Positions 11,185 through 24,295 of a stretch of DNA of 64,000 bases are shown here, in pieces. Within the stretch, counting starts at the first letter, position 1. Every line of letters begins with the position of its first letter. Origin of the DNA: the human T2T-CHM13v2.0 reference genome, Homo sapiens; NCBI RefSeq assembly GCF_009914755.1, contig NC_060938.1, one strand, 5' to 3'. Under the pieces are notes generated by a model. The model searched no databases and was not told where the DNA came from. It saw only the letters and a list, made by a program, of their open reading frames with translations. The translations under genes and the position numbers were made by a program.

Positions 11185-11790
11185 CCCTCTTTCCCTCCCT
11201 CTCTGCCTCTCCCTCTCCCTCCATCCCTCTCCCTCCATCCCTCTCCCTCTCCCTCCATCCCTCTCCTTCTCCCTCCATCCCTCTCCCTCTCCCTCCATCC
11301 CTCTCTCCCTCTCCCTCTCCCTCCATCCCTCTCTCCCTCTCCCTCCCTCTCTCCCTCTCCCTCCATCCCTCTCTCCTTCTCCCTCCCTCTCTGCCTCTCC
11401 CTCTCTCTCTCCCTCTCCCTCCATTCCTCTCTCCCTCTCCCTCCATCCCTCTCTCCTTCTCCCTCCCTCTCTGCCTCTCCCTCTCTCTCTCCCTTTCCCT
11501 CCATTCCTCTCTCCCTCTCCCTCCATCCCTCTCTCCCTCTCCCTCTGCCCCTCTCTGCCACCCCCCTCCCTGCTTCTCCCTCTCCCTCCCTCTCTCCCTG
11601 CTTCTCCCTCTCTCTGCCTCCCTCTCTCTGCCTCTCTCTGTCCCTCCCTCTCCCTCTCCCTCCCTCCCTATCTCCTTCTCCTTCTGTTCCTGTCTGCCTC
11701 CCCTTCTTCCTCCCTCCCTCTCTGCCTCTGCCTCTCCCTCTGTCCCTTTCTTTATTATTCCTTCTTTCTCTTTCCCCTTCCTCCTCCTCT
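11185..11790. repeat. ~600-bp polypyrimidine/polypurine (CT-rich) compound tandem repeat
   Basis: Reiterated 'ctctccctctccctccatcc' and variants; almost no purines on the + strand. Confidence 0.97.
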
Positions 11791-13074
11791 AAACACCAGG
11801 GCCTCGCTCACTTTCCTCTCCTTTACATGTTGCCACCCCCATGCTTAGCTCAGGGCCCCCTTCCCACCAGCTGCCTGCACAGCATGAGAAAGCCCACCCC
11901 CTTCCCTGTCTCACTGTTCTCCACACCAACAACCCCATTGGCCATTTAGGCACTTTCCTACCAGTGACTTCATGAGCCCAGACTGGCTAGGAGCATGCCA
12001 CGCATTAAGAAGAGAAAGTTCCAGAGGCCAAATTCCTGATTCCTCTTCCAAAAGAGCTCCCTAGGAGACTTCTGTGGCCTCCATCTCCCTGAAGGCAGGA
12101 CCCCTATAACAGGACACCTCCAGAAAGATCCCCTTGTGGACCCGGAGACCCTCTGGCACCACTATGCAATGATTCCTCCCTGTCGTGGGAAGCAGATGGG
12201 ATGAACAGACTGTCAATATTTTGTGTTGTTCATAAACATGTTACATAAAACTGTGGATACTTTTCCCAGAAGATGGGCTACATGTTGCCAGGAGAAGCAA
12301 GATTACATGGCTGTAAATTTTCTCTTAAAAGACTCTTTGTTAAGAGCCGTATTTGTTTACTTTCTCCAATTCCATTAGGGAGTAATGGGGAAACTTTTCC
12401 AGAATGGGGTAAGAGTCATAGTTGCATGTCTCCATGGGAAAGTAATGAAAGGTCCTCGCACCTCCCTCCCTGACACAGCAGCCGCCAGGTACATAGACAG
12501 ATGCTCAGCTTCAAAGCCGAGACATCCAACACTGTCATCCACCTGTGACTACCAAGAGGACAGCACAACTCAGCATCCTGTTGGGGCAGCAGAAACATCC
12601 CACCTCCCAGCCAAGAGCAGGAAGCAGGGGGGTCATAGCTGAATAGCCCTAAGCATTGTAGTTAATCAAAAATAAGAGGACAGCGCTTTTAACTCGTATC
12701 TGTCTCATTGGGACTAAAAGAATCAAAGTTAGAACAAACACAGAGAGGTGAATCAGCCTTAATTCTGGCAAGATCCAAATTCTACACTTTATGTCTCCCT
12801 TATCTCATCTTTCTCTTAACCGGGAAGGAGTTTTTTCTAGCACGAAAGGCCAAAGGCACAGATTGACTGACCCACCCATGTGGTCCAGCCACAAATCAAA
12901 GCTGCCGAGATGCAGACAGGCTGTTTCATCTCTGAGACCTCGAGCCAGGGAAGGTTAACTTCAGGCGCTTCCTCACGAGCTTGCGCATGCCAGAATGAAC
13001 AGTGTAGCTTCTGTTGGAGTGGATATGTGGTTAGCTTGCCTAGCCCCTCAGTCAGTTTCCAAAGAGATTCATAA

Positions 13075-13522
<448 letters not shown>

Positions 13523-13869
13523 GTGGCCATGTTCTTTCTTTGGTAACTTTGTTTTCATTTCTAAAGAGCTCGCTTTAGTGTTTTTAGTTCTAAAGACTAT
13601 ACTATAGAACTTTGGGTTCTGAAGTTCTGAGACTGCCTCAGTGTTGAAGAGTCGTGTGAACTCAGCTTCAAGAGGCTGTTCTGGTTTGATATTGGCTTGG
13701 CCACCCAAGCTGTTGATAGTTCTCACCTATCCCATTTTCCTCCAGAAAAGTTGGAGGATAATTCCATTGCCTGTGAGTACTAAAGCAATAAGTGTGTGCA
13801 GAAAGCCGATCCTCACTCTTCAAGGACCACCCCCCTTTTTTTCTGAGGGCCAGGAAGTTATCCAGAAAT

Positions 13870-14030
13870 GGAACTGGGATTCAGAAGCAGAAAACCTGTG
13901 TTCAAGTCCCAACACGGCCACATATTGGCTATTGATCTTGGATCACACCCTCAGTGTTGCTGAGCCTTCATTTTCTTGTTTTGAGTTTAATAATTCTGAT
14001 CTCTCAGTGTTGTGTGGATTACATCTTTAT
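13870..14030 (+). mobile_element. MIR fragment
   Basis: 'cagaagcagaaaacctgtgttcaagtcccaacacggccacatattggctattgatcttggatcac...gctgagccttcattttc'. Confidence 0.6.
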
Positions 14031-14749
14031 ATATCACTTGGGGAACTGAGAAGTATGTTCTTCTGCTAGCAGTTAATCACAGAAATTACAAATTATATAG
14101 AGATGATACATAGATAAATAAAAAGTAAATACATAGCAGAGATGAAAGAATATATAGAGATAGATATATTTAGATAGATATGTGTATTTAAATTTTTTCA
14201 CTGAAGAATCATAAAGATACAAGATTCAGATGCAATAATGTTTCAAAATCCTTTTATTGTCAAAATTAAGTGTAGTTTCACCTGGGTTGGTAGCAGAGGT
14301 CTATGTGATTGGAAAACTAAATATTAGGAACTTGGAAGTAGCTACATACTGAAATGTGAGCACAATGATCTCTTCATCAGTGATTTGTGATTTAAACTCT
14401 ATCTTCTATCCACAAAGAGAACAAGCAGAGATATATTTATTCATAAGGCAAAGGTGTGTGTGTTGCAATTTCAGAGCACTCTGTGTAGACAGATACCTTA
14501 ACCCCTTTGTTCCAGGTGGTCCTCAGAAGAATCTTTGTGGAGTGGATGGGACAGGACACCATGCATCAGTCATGGTCAGAAGTTAACCATATCCTTCCTG
14601 TGCTCCCAGGCCAGTGCTCACGTCTCCTCCTCTGCCTCTTACTTTTGCAGAGGAAGACAGAGACATAATCAGTCACAGCTGCTGGAAGAGGTCACCATAG
14701 TGTTCTGGGTCTCTTGCAGCAGCCCAGAGGGCTAGGTGTGACCAGCTTC

Positions 14750-14870
14750 AAGTTAAAGACAAGCAAACTGAGGCAAATAGAGTGTAAGTCATCCAAATTC
14801 CACAGCTGGTGAATGGCAGAGCTGGGACTTGAATCAGCATTGTCTGGTCCAAAGGCTTTGAACTTTGGAC
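14750..14870 (-). mobile_element. MIR fragment
   Basis: 'gcaaactgaggcaaatagagtgtaagtcatccaaattccacagctggtgaatggcagagctgggacttgaatc'. Confidence 0.75.
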
Positions 14871-14982
14871 TCATGTTGCTAAAGAATTCCAGCAGTTCCT
14901 CCCTGGGGTGAAAGGTGGGCTTAGACTGACCTCACAGGACTATGGGCACACATGCATTCTGGGAAAGAACCCAGTATCTCAG

Positions 14983-15242
14983 TGTCTATGGACTGAATGT
15001 TTGTGTCCCCTTCAACCCCCACAGCAAATTTAAATGTTGAAGCCCTAATTTGCTAATCACCAATCTGAAAAGGTAGGACCTTTAGGGAGTTAATTAGGTT
15101 TAGATAAGGTCATGAGGATGGGGTCCTCATGAGAGATTACTGCGCTTATAAAAAAGACCTCAGAACTGTGAGAAGTGTTAATTGTTTAACTCACCTAGTC
15201 TGTGGTATTGTTTTTTGTTATAGCAGCCTAAACTAAGGCACA
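14983..15242 (+). mobile_element. MLT1A/B-like MaLR LTR, internally deleted
   Basis: Start 'tgtctatggactgaatgtttgtgtcccc', 'ttaggtttagataaggtcatgagg', end 'tagtctgtggtattg...tagcagcctaaactaaggca'. Confidence 0.8.
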
Positions 15243-15409
15243 AGTGCATGTATCTCTTTCATCACTTGTAATTTTAGAATTCCAGCTGATGCTCCCTACT
15301 GTACCCAGAAAACACACACAGTGGTTTCCCACGGAATCTCATAGAGACCCTCAGTGAGCCCTCCCCCAATACTGAAGACAGCTTCCTCTGAGATAACAGG
15401 GTTTATTGG

Positions 15410-15725
15410 CTCCTTTATTTATTCATCCAACATGTATGGAATACCAACTGTGTGCCAGGCACCATGCTAGGCTTGGAGGCTCCAGAGATGCCTGTGGCAT
15501 GGTCTCTAGCCATGAGAAGAAGGTAATTCATAGTCTAGTCAAGGAGACAGATATATAACTATCCTATTACCCAAGATGGCTTATTCTGCCTAGGACAAGA
15601 TGGAAAATCATGAGATCCTTCCTAGGAGAGTTAGACTTGAAGAACGAGTAGGATTTTGTCATGGTACTAAAGGTAGAAGATGTTTGAGCCAGAGGAAACA
15701 TCAACTGTCAAGGTACCAAAGTGGG
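15410..15725 (+). mobile_element. L2 fragments
   Basis: 'ttattcatccaacatgtatggaataccaactgtgtgccaggcaccatgctagg' and 'gttagacttgaagaacgagtaggatttt'; strand assignment tentative. Confidence 0.6.
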
Positions 15726-16367
15726 AAGGAGAACAAGGCTGTCCTCAGCCCCAGGGAAAACTGTTGCCACAGATGCCAGGACACATATCTCATTTCTTTC
15801 TCTTTCAGACCTGGTGTTTTGGGGCTTTTTATCTCAAAATTTCCTCAAAGTATGGGTTTTGAAAAAAATCCAGGTTCACATGATTTGTCCCAGAGTTGAC
15901 ATTTTGTGATCTAAGTGAGTTGCCTTCCATTGGTTGGACACCATCAATGTTCATTAATGTGCCATCATCTTGACAGCCAGCCTCAACTTCTAAAATATTT
16001 ATGAAGCCTGAGATGGGCCCTTATTTACACACTAAAATATTTAACTACCAAAGATGAACAAGATCTGCAAAGAGTAGGCTGCAGCCCTGGGTTCAAACTG
16101 GCTCCGTTTTGCACCAAAGCACTCTTAAAACCAGCTATTTTGTTAGAAATCAAATATTAATATAAAGGGTGAATAATTCATTGGTAAGTCTGAGTTCCCG
16201 AGAAGTTCCATCGAAATCCCCAAGAGGAGATTTTGGTGCAGCAGTGACTATATATAGACTCAGCTCTTTCCACCAAGTTCAAAATGAGAGATGCTGGCTC
16301 AGAGCATGGGCTCTTTAACTAGGCTACCTGGGTTTTCACCCAACTCTCACTTACTTGCTGTGCCAAA

Positions 16368-16922
16368 TGTCTTCTATTTGTCCCTATAAATCACCCTCTA
16401 CCCTTCACACTCTGCCCTGTGCTCCAACAGGCTGAACTCTATGGACTGCAGCAACAAATACCGTGGACCTGTGCCTTCCAGTTGTTCAACCAATGGAAAG
16501 CCCTGGCAACCACTGCAGAAACTGAGAAGAAACAGGCTGAGAAATGTGTTTTCCCAGCTCCCTGTCTCCCTGCTGGATCACTATGGGCTCAACCAAAGGC
16601 CACATCTCCTCTCAGGTGGACTGTCTACATGGCTCCCTCTCTAGGCTCTAGTAACTACTACCTCCTCTCACTCCTTCAGACCTAGCAGTGCCTCAGCTTC
16701 CTGGGTTACTAGCCCCAGGGTACTGCACCATCACTTGTTGCTTGCCCTAAACTCTGGTCATACATTTGCGTTAAGTTCAAACTTATAAAATTGCTATTTT
16801 TGAAAGTCAAAAATCAACAAATATTGGCAGTCTCATGTTTCAACCTCATATATTGCTCTTTTATTAAACTTGCTTTAATTTGTATGTGTTACCTATTTTC
16901 TACAACAACCTTAACTAATACA
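16368..16922. mobile_element. Old ERVL-class LTR (LTR33-like) inserted into a MIR
   Basis: TG...'ctaataca' bounded unit separating the MIR 5' half (16290-16365) from its 3' half (16925-17110); subfamily tentative. Confidence 0.55.
16770..16851. mobile_element. MADE2-like mariner-derived miniature inverted-repeat element
   Basis: ~80 bp with degenerate terminal inverted repeats ('ttaagttcaaacttataaaattgc'...'ggcagtctcatgtttcaacctcata') and the 'gtcaaaaat' core. Confidence 0.7.
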
Positions 16923-17279
16923 AAAGGTATGTGACTAGTTAATCGACTTTGCCTCAGTTTCCTCAGTTTGCCTCAGTTTCCTCATCTATAAGATGGAGGG
17001 AATAATAGTAGAACCTGCTTTAGAAAGTTGTTCTAAGGATCAAGTAAGCTAATGTACACAAGAAGGGTGTGTAAAACAATGTCTGGCAACAAAAACGTGC
17101 TCAGTAGTTGTTGTGGGAAGAGATATTCGAGATAGAAAAATCAGAGGAATGGGTGTATGGCTTAATAACAGACTGGGCAGAAAGAAGGTGACATCCTCTG
17201 CAACACCCAAAGGAGAAGAATATAAATAATTTACATTTATGTACATTATTCTACTGCTCAGAAAATTTATGCCTATGTT

Positions 17280-17745
17280 CTATTTTAACCACTTAATTAA
17301 AAATCTATTAGATGCCTACTATATTGCTGCTGGTCGCTATAGAAATATAACAGAGAGCCCATCAGGGACCCTCATCTACATATCCTCATCTCCTGAAAAG
17401 ACACAGACAAAGAGGCTGAAAATGACATTACAGAGTCCTGTGAAGTGCAATGATGAGAAAAGTCAAAGATGACACAGGGAGCACTGACCACAGATTTGGG
17501 GAGTTACAAGATGGCTTCTCACAGAAGGAAATGTTTCCTCTCTGACTTGAAGGAGAAGTAGGAATTATCCAGGCACAGGGTCCAGACGATAGAATAGTAT
17601 TCCCAAGAGAGGGAACAGCATTCCAGAAAGCTAAGAAATGAGAGAATGTGGAATATATAGAGGAGTAAAAGAAGTTGAGTGTGGCTGGCTCAGTTCCTTG
17701 TTGCCTAAGTCAGTCCCTGGTACACAATAGGTGCTCAATGATTAA
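17280..17745. mobile_element. L2 fragments
   Basis: 'tgacttgaaggagaagtaggaattatccagg...agagggaacagcattccagaaagc' and 'cagtccctggtacacaataggtgctcaatg'. Confidence 0.65.
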
Positions 17746-18384
17746 TGAAGAAACAGAAATTACAGACACATCTCTAATACATTCACACAAGGAAGACAAT
17801 ATTCTCCAAGTGGAGTGATTTGTCTCCCCACATGTTTATTGGACCTTATTGCTTACCTCACAGAAGAACAGCTCCCTGTACATGTTGTGTAGCCCATTTC
17901 CTGCCCACCCAATCACTCATCTTTCCTTTATCAGAATTCAGAAACAAAGATGCAAATCTCTGGAGGATCTCTGGAGCTCAGGAGGCAAGATTAAAAGGAG
18001 AGCAAACTGCTGGAGGCCAGGCCTTTGAGGAAGATCCTTTGAAGGCAATTCACTCATTCATCCACTTACTTACTTGTTGATTTATTTATTCACTCATTCA
18101 ACAGATACTAGTTGAGTGCCTGCTGTATGTGCTGGTAGCTGGCCAGTGCCACACCAATAAACAGTATAGATACATAACCCATTATCATGGCAAGCTATGT
18201 CTGTGAGTATAAGCCCAGGTGATTAGATAGAATGGCCAGGTAGGGTCAGAAGGAGACAACCAGTGCAGACTCTTGCAGACTGTTGTCTTTGGCTCTGACA
18301 GCTAAGGGTAGGTTCCTGTGGGAGTGGCCTTTGGTCAGGGAGCCAGGGTGAAACCTACAACTGAATTGCCAGGGCAATATAAAG

Positions 18385-18625
18385 CATCATTATCTAGTGT
18401 AAAAAAGCAAGGAATCTGAGGTCAAAAGATCTGATTTAACTCTGACTTCCCCACTTGCTAACTGTGCGACTGAAAATGGGTTGCTTCACCTCTGACATTT
18501 AGTCCTCTTTTATGTGAAAAACGGGAATAATCACACACCCCTTGCTGTGTAGTTGTGAGAATTAAATAGGATCAGGTATGAAAAGTGTATGGCACATAGA
18601 AGTCACTCCACAAATTGTAGTTTTT
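18385..18625 (+). mobile_element. MIR SINE
   Basis: 'ccacttgctaactgtgcgact...cttcacctctg...gttgtgagaattaaatagg...ggcacatagaagtcactc'. Confidence 0.8.
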
Positions 18626-19029
18626 ACCATTATAAAAACAGTTTTAATTTCACTTCCATTGACCACAAACCCTTATTCCATTTTGGTGACTGGAAGGAGC
18701 TCTCCATGGTGCTGATCTATTTTGCAGCAGCTGGGAGCCTGCCCTGTGTTAAGAAGAAAAACCTTTGTCAAGAAGAAAAGTGGCATCCACAGCAAGATAG
18801 AACACATATGTGTTCCCGAAAAGATACTCCACCAAGGATTTCTCCCATACTCACTGCTCACATGGAAGTACCATGCCCAAATTGCAAGAAGTAAACCAAA
18901 AGAAAGTACCAGTTATACAAAGACTATTCTTGAAAACATCACTATGATGGGAAGCATCACAGTGAGAATAATAATAGAAAAGAATAATAAGAATAACATC
19001 ACAATAGTAGGAGTAATATTAAACAGCAA

Positions 19030-19365
19030 GAGGCAAAATACTATGGTGGTTAAGAATGCAGTTTCCAAAGGCAGGACTCTTAACTCCAAATCCCAGCTAT
19101 GTAGACCTTCAATGAGTTACTCAAATTCTCTGAGCTTCCTCATCCACAAGCAGAGACAAAATAGTTCCTGCCTCATAGTGTCATTGTAATGATTAAGTTA
19201 CATAGTGTCATGATTATAATTCCTTTATGCCAGACACAACTCTAACTACCTTTCATACCTTAAGTCAATTAATGTAGGACTAATTGACATTAAGTCAATT
19301 AATGTATGAAAGGTACTTAGAGTTGTGTCTGGCATAAAGGAAACACTCAATAAGCATTAGCTGTT
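19030..19365 (+). mobile_element. MIR SINE carrying an internal inverted duplication
   Basis: MIR body 'gtggttaagaatgcag...ctctgagcttcctcatccac' and 3' end 'gtatgaaaggtacttagagttgtgtctggcataaaggaaacactcaataa', interrupted by an inverted copy (see findings). Confidence 0.8.
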
Positions 19366-20364
19366 AGCACGGTAGTAAGAACTTTTAGCACAATTGGTAA
19401 GCAGCGCTGAGGGAAGCATTGTATGCACATTATTTCTTAGCACCTCAACAACATGCAGTGACCAATTATCAACACAGATTGCATGTACTACATGCCAGGC
19501 ACTGTCATACTTCCAGGCACCCTGGTTTCCTCAGCTCCTGGCACAGGGCCTTCCATACAGTGAATGCTTCCAGTACATGGGAGTTAAAATAAACTGAATT
19601 TATCTGAATTAGAAAGAAAATGCCTTCAAATCCAAAGCTACTTGCCAGCATAGCCCATGCACTTAGGAGGAAAATGCCACATAGAAAGTAACCAAAATTC
19701 TACCCCCCTTCTCCCCCCACCACCAACCCCCTCTGGAAGAGGCAGCTGAGACTTTTTCACTAAAGAAATTAATCCTGCCGAGAAATAAATCCCCAATGAG
19801 CTTCCCAAGGAGACCCGTAGCAAACCACGGTTAGACACTGGCAGGAGTTTCTTCCTGTGGAAGTCCTATTGAGTCACTGCTGAATTCTTTTCTCCTGTGC
19901 AGCAGTTTGCCTGAGCCTGAGAGATGGCCAGCAATTACAGGAGAGTAAATATTTCAGCAGTACAGAGTCAGACTTCTCAACAGCCGATAGGAAACCGTTT
20001 CTCTTTCCTTTAAACAGTTTATTAAAATACAAGGTTAAACCCAGCAAGGGAATACATTTTTCTGCAGCCTCCTCCAATTAACAAGTTATTTCCATGCTGA
20101 AGTTTTTCTTGCTTTAGCAAAACCTCTGCATAAACTGTAGGAAGAGTGCTTTCCCCTCAGGGGACCATGGGGGTTCTGAACTTGGAATCAATTAGATTCC
20201 GAGCCCAACTGTCCTATGATTTCGCTGGGCAACCTCAGGCAAATCACTTTTCAACTGCCTGAATTCAAGTTCAAGAAAATGGGGACAGCAACACCGACCT
20301 GCTTAGCTCCTGTGAGATGGTAAAGCATGTGGACGTAGCTAACTTGAGAGCCAGTGCACTGAAG

Positions 20365-20925
20365 GCAATTGGCGAACTTTGCTGCTACCCAAAATCCACT
20401 CCTCCCTTCTTCTCACCTTTTATCCGCAGCCCCAAGGCATGAATTCTGAATGATACATGTCAGTATGATAAACCTATTTCTCTGCCAGGACTGGTTTGAG
20501 AACGGATATAGGGCATAATTTATTGGCCAGTGAGACATGAAGGAAAATCTGTTGGGGAGCTTCTGGAAAGGGTGTCATCACTTTCCAAAGGGATACCTCA
20601 AGAGGAAGGATGTAAATGTGGTTTGATGTTTTGTATTACTGAAGTTTGGTGTCTATCTGTGATGTCTGGAAGTGCTGCAGCCATCTCGTGACTATGAGGA
20701 GATAAGCTTGGGAATAAAAGCTACCATAAAAAAATGACAGAACATAAAGATGGAAAAGACCAGGGGCTCTGATGACACCTGAGTGTCTGAGTTAAACAAC
20801 ACTGACTCTACCCTGCTTTTGGATCCACTCCAATTTCTGGTTATGCAAAATGGTTCCTTTTTTGTTTAAGCCACTTTTAATGGAGCCATCTATTACATGC
20901 AGTTGAAATCATCCTAATAAGAACA
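20365..20925 (+). mobile_element. Old MLT1 (J/K/L-like) MaLR LTR
   Basis: 'ggccagtgagacatgaagg...gggagcttctggaaag', 'gctgcagccatctcgtgactatgagg', end 'tttgtttaagccacttt...catgcagttgaaatcatcctaa'. Confidence 0.75.
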
Positions 20926-21080
20926 CCAATCAAGAATGAAATATCAGACTTAGGGCATATTTTATCATGGAAATGTCACCTCTCTACCCAGCTAGCCAGT
21001 GGCCAGCAAATCTTTAATGAACACCATGAACACCTATTATACATGCATAGCTTGCATGTCTACAATGTAATATAAAGTAA

Positions 21081-21474
<394 letters not shown>

Positions 21475-23129
21475 AAGCCATTTTATATCTAAGATACAAA
21501 TCATAGAGATGGTGACGATGATGAGAATGAGGATGATATTTGTGCCCATTCAAATTTTAAGTTGCAGACAACAGGATCTACTCTATCTGGTTTAAATGGA
21601 AGAGGAATTTATTAAAGATTGTTAAGAGCTTGCAGAATCTCCAAGAGGGCCAGAGACTGGGGCCTGGAGACCACATGCCCAGGAACGATTTCCAAATCGC
21701 CTGTTTGCACTGCTTGTAGCTCACCTGGATCTCATGGCCTCTGGCTACAGGCCCTACAGACGCCAAGCACAGGACACAGCTGCTGCATCCTTGGGCTCTG
21801 CCAGAACTGAGATCTGGATGCTGCCTCTGCCTCATCCTTCACCATCCTCATCAAGAAAGGATTGCATGTGGGGTCTGTGTTTTTATGTTTCCTTCTTCCA
21901 AATCAAGGCCTTGCATGGATGCCTCTGATGGCCTGCATCTAGGCAACGTTCTTAGAAATGGCTGGGAAATCGACTTCTAGCTTACTTGAAGAGGAGAGAC
22001 TTAAAAATGTGGGAATTTCCCCTAATATAGGAAAAATGTTCAGAAATGTTAAGTGATATGACAAGTGTTCATTATACCATCTATTCAGTACTTTGATTTA
22101 GCTGGAAAACTTTTGGACAAGCTGACAGAGGGTTGGGGAGCACCAATTTTAGGGGTAGTAAGTGGTTGGGTCACCAAACTAAAAAGCTGAAGATGCAGGT
22201 TCATATCTTAGCTCCATCACTAACCAACTGGGACCAAGCAACTGCCTGGACAATTGATGATGACCTGACAAGCACCCCTGAGGCTCAAATGAGTCAGCCT
22301 TCTGCGTCTGGTGCCGTGAACTCTCATGCTCCCTGTCGAGGGCTTGGAGACGGGAAGCTGAGTCTCACTCTTGCTTTATTGGCTAATTGGCTGAATGACC
22401 TTGAGAATGCCATTCTTGGGCCTTAGTCTCCACACTTTTTAAATAGTGGGTTGAGCTAGGTTGTGTCTAGGGGTTCTTCCTACTCCATTTCTTGTCCCTA
22501 GAAAGATGTCACATCTGATGACTCTTTAAAGTACTTCTGGTTACGGTAGCAATAATTCCCCATTTGATGTTGTTCCCTTTTGTAGGACTCACCGAAAAAC
22601 AGCTTGCCCAAGAAAATTTGATTTTCAGGCATTAGTAAACTTGCACCAAATATTTCCCAAACTTAAAGTGACCAAGAAGTGTTTTGCAAACAGAGCACCA
22701 CGTCAACACCTTCTAATAATACAGCAATCTCTCCCCAAAGACATGCCACTGACCTGTGGCAGGCAGCTGCCCACTGACTCATCCACCCTCAGAAGACAGA
22801 TGGCTCGGCCTTGAAGGCCAGCCTCGGCCAGCCTGTACATGATGAGCCACTCACTTCCAGCGTATCCAGGGATGCTCTCCACACAGGCTCCAGGCAACTT
22901 TATCTTTCACCCTAGGAAACCCATGCACTATAAATACAGCAGTCTCTGTCTCTGGTGAACCCAACTCCCAGCCTTTCACAGACATATCACAAAGACTGAC
23001 ATCTCCATTCCCACACTAACGAGAGAGCACAGACTACACACACTCCACCCGCCATATCCATCTGGTGGCTGGACCATGTTTCACTTAGCTTTCCTGTTTC
23101 TGAGCGCTTGACAAGGAACGTGAGAGTCC

Positions 23130-23335
23130 ATGGCTCCAGATGCAAAAGACTAACTCCTTTGAATGATTTTTGACCATGGACAAGCTCCTATGTCTCTTTC
23201 TGAGCCTCAGTTTTTCTATCTCGCAAATCAGAGTTAAAAATATCCAACACAAAGAATTAGCCAGTGAACGTGTGTAGAAGCCCCTAGCCTGGTGTTGGGC
23301 ACTTAGCACGTGCTCAGTAAATGTAGCTTGCCTTT
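23130..23335 (+). mobile_element. MIR SINE
   Basis: 'tgaccatggacaagctcc...tctgagcctcagtttttctatc...gtgctcagtaaatgtagc'. Confidence 0.7.
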
Positions 23336-23680
23336 ATTTCTTCAACGTCTTCTTAGTATCTGGAACCCACTCTCTTTTTAGGGGGTGCTCCCATGTGAGT
23401 GTCCACCCCTCCGCATATGTGGTCCCGCCTTCAGACCTGTCTCCTGGTGCCTTCAAGGCTCCTTCCAGGACTAAACTTCCAGGATCCTCACCCTGCCTGT
23501 AGTCAGAGCAGTGACCTGTCCAATGAGCTAAGCAGATAGTTCAAGCTAATTAGTCAATTATGGCAGCATGCATGATGTAAATAATGAATTACGAGACTGT
23601 TCACTGACAAAACATTAACCCAAAGGAGGTAGTGCTGTGGGCCCCCATCCACAGGACTCATGGAGCCTGTAATTCCAATT

Positions 23681-23707
23681 TATATATATATATCTTTCTC
23701 TCTCTGT

Positions 23708-23753
<46 letters not shown>
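23681..23753. repeat. Compound microsatellite (TA)n(TC)n(CA)~22
   Basis: Directly visible. Confidence 0.97.
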
Positions 23754-23757
<4 letters not shown>

Positions 23758-23999
23758 TAGGAGGTCCCAGAGAGCTGGCATGGTATCATTTGTGTCCTTA
23801 TGATGTCTGTGACCAGAAGCTGGGCTACTTATGGGTGAGGGTCTGCATCCACCAAAATGTCAGTCAGAGGGATGCACACACCATGAGAACCAGGAGGCTG
23901 AGTCCAGGCCACTGCCCTGCCCTGACTTGCTGCTGCAAGATTTTGGGGAACAACCCTCCTCCTCCTGTCAGCTTTCTTTTCATCTCAGTAACATAGCTG

Positions 24000-24170
24000 A
24001 TGTCCATTGAGCATGTGGTATGAGCCAGATGCTTCACTGGGCTCCATGTGCATTTGCACATTCAGTCATCTCTGTAGCCCTGTGAAAAGATCTCATGGCC
24101 ATCCCCATTGACATGAGAGGAAACTGAGGCACAGCTCCAGGTCACACAACTGCTAAGTGCTAACTTAGGG
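24000..24170 (-). mobile_element. MIR fragment
   Basis: 'catccccattgacatgagaggaaactgaggcacag...aggtcacacaactgctaagtg'. Confidence 0.7.
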
Positions 24171-24295
24171 GTCTGCATATATCCAATACCCCATGGCTAC
24201 ACCCCCCTACACACCCATCATAGGCAACTGAAGACTCCAAGAGGAGAGAGCGTTCTGTTGACTCCAGTCACTGGAAATAAACACTTTTGCATGAC

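Noticed and set aside
10983-11848. Long ORFs of 269, 235, 141, 117 and 99 aa on both strands
   Set aside because: Translations of the CT-rich tract (S/P/L or G/E/R only); stops are absent because of base composition.
16948-16984. 19-bp tandem duplication within a MIR
   Set aside because: Ordinary slippage-type duplication with no functional implication on its own.
18722-19189. 155-aa ORF
   Set aside because: Non-ATG start, low-complexity AAT-rich middle and MIR-derived end.
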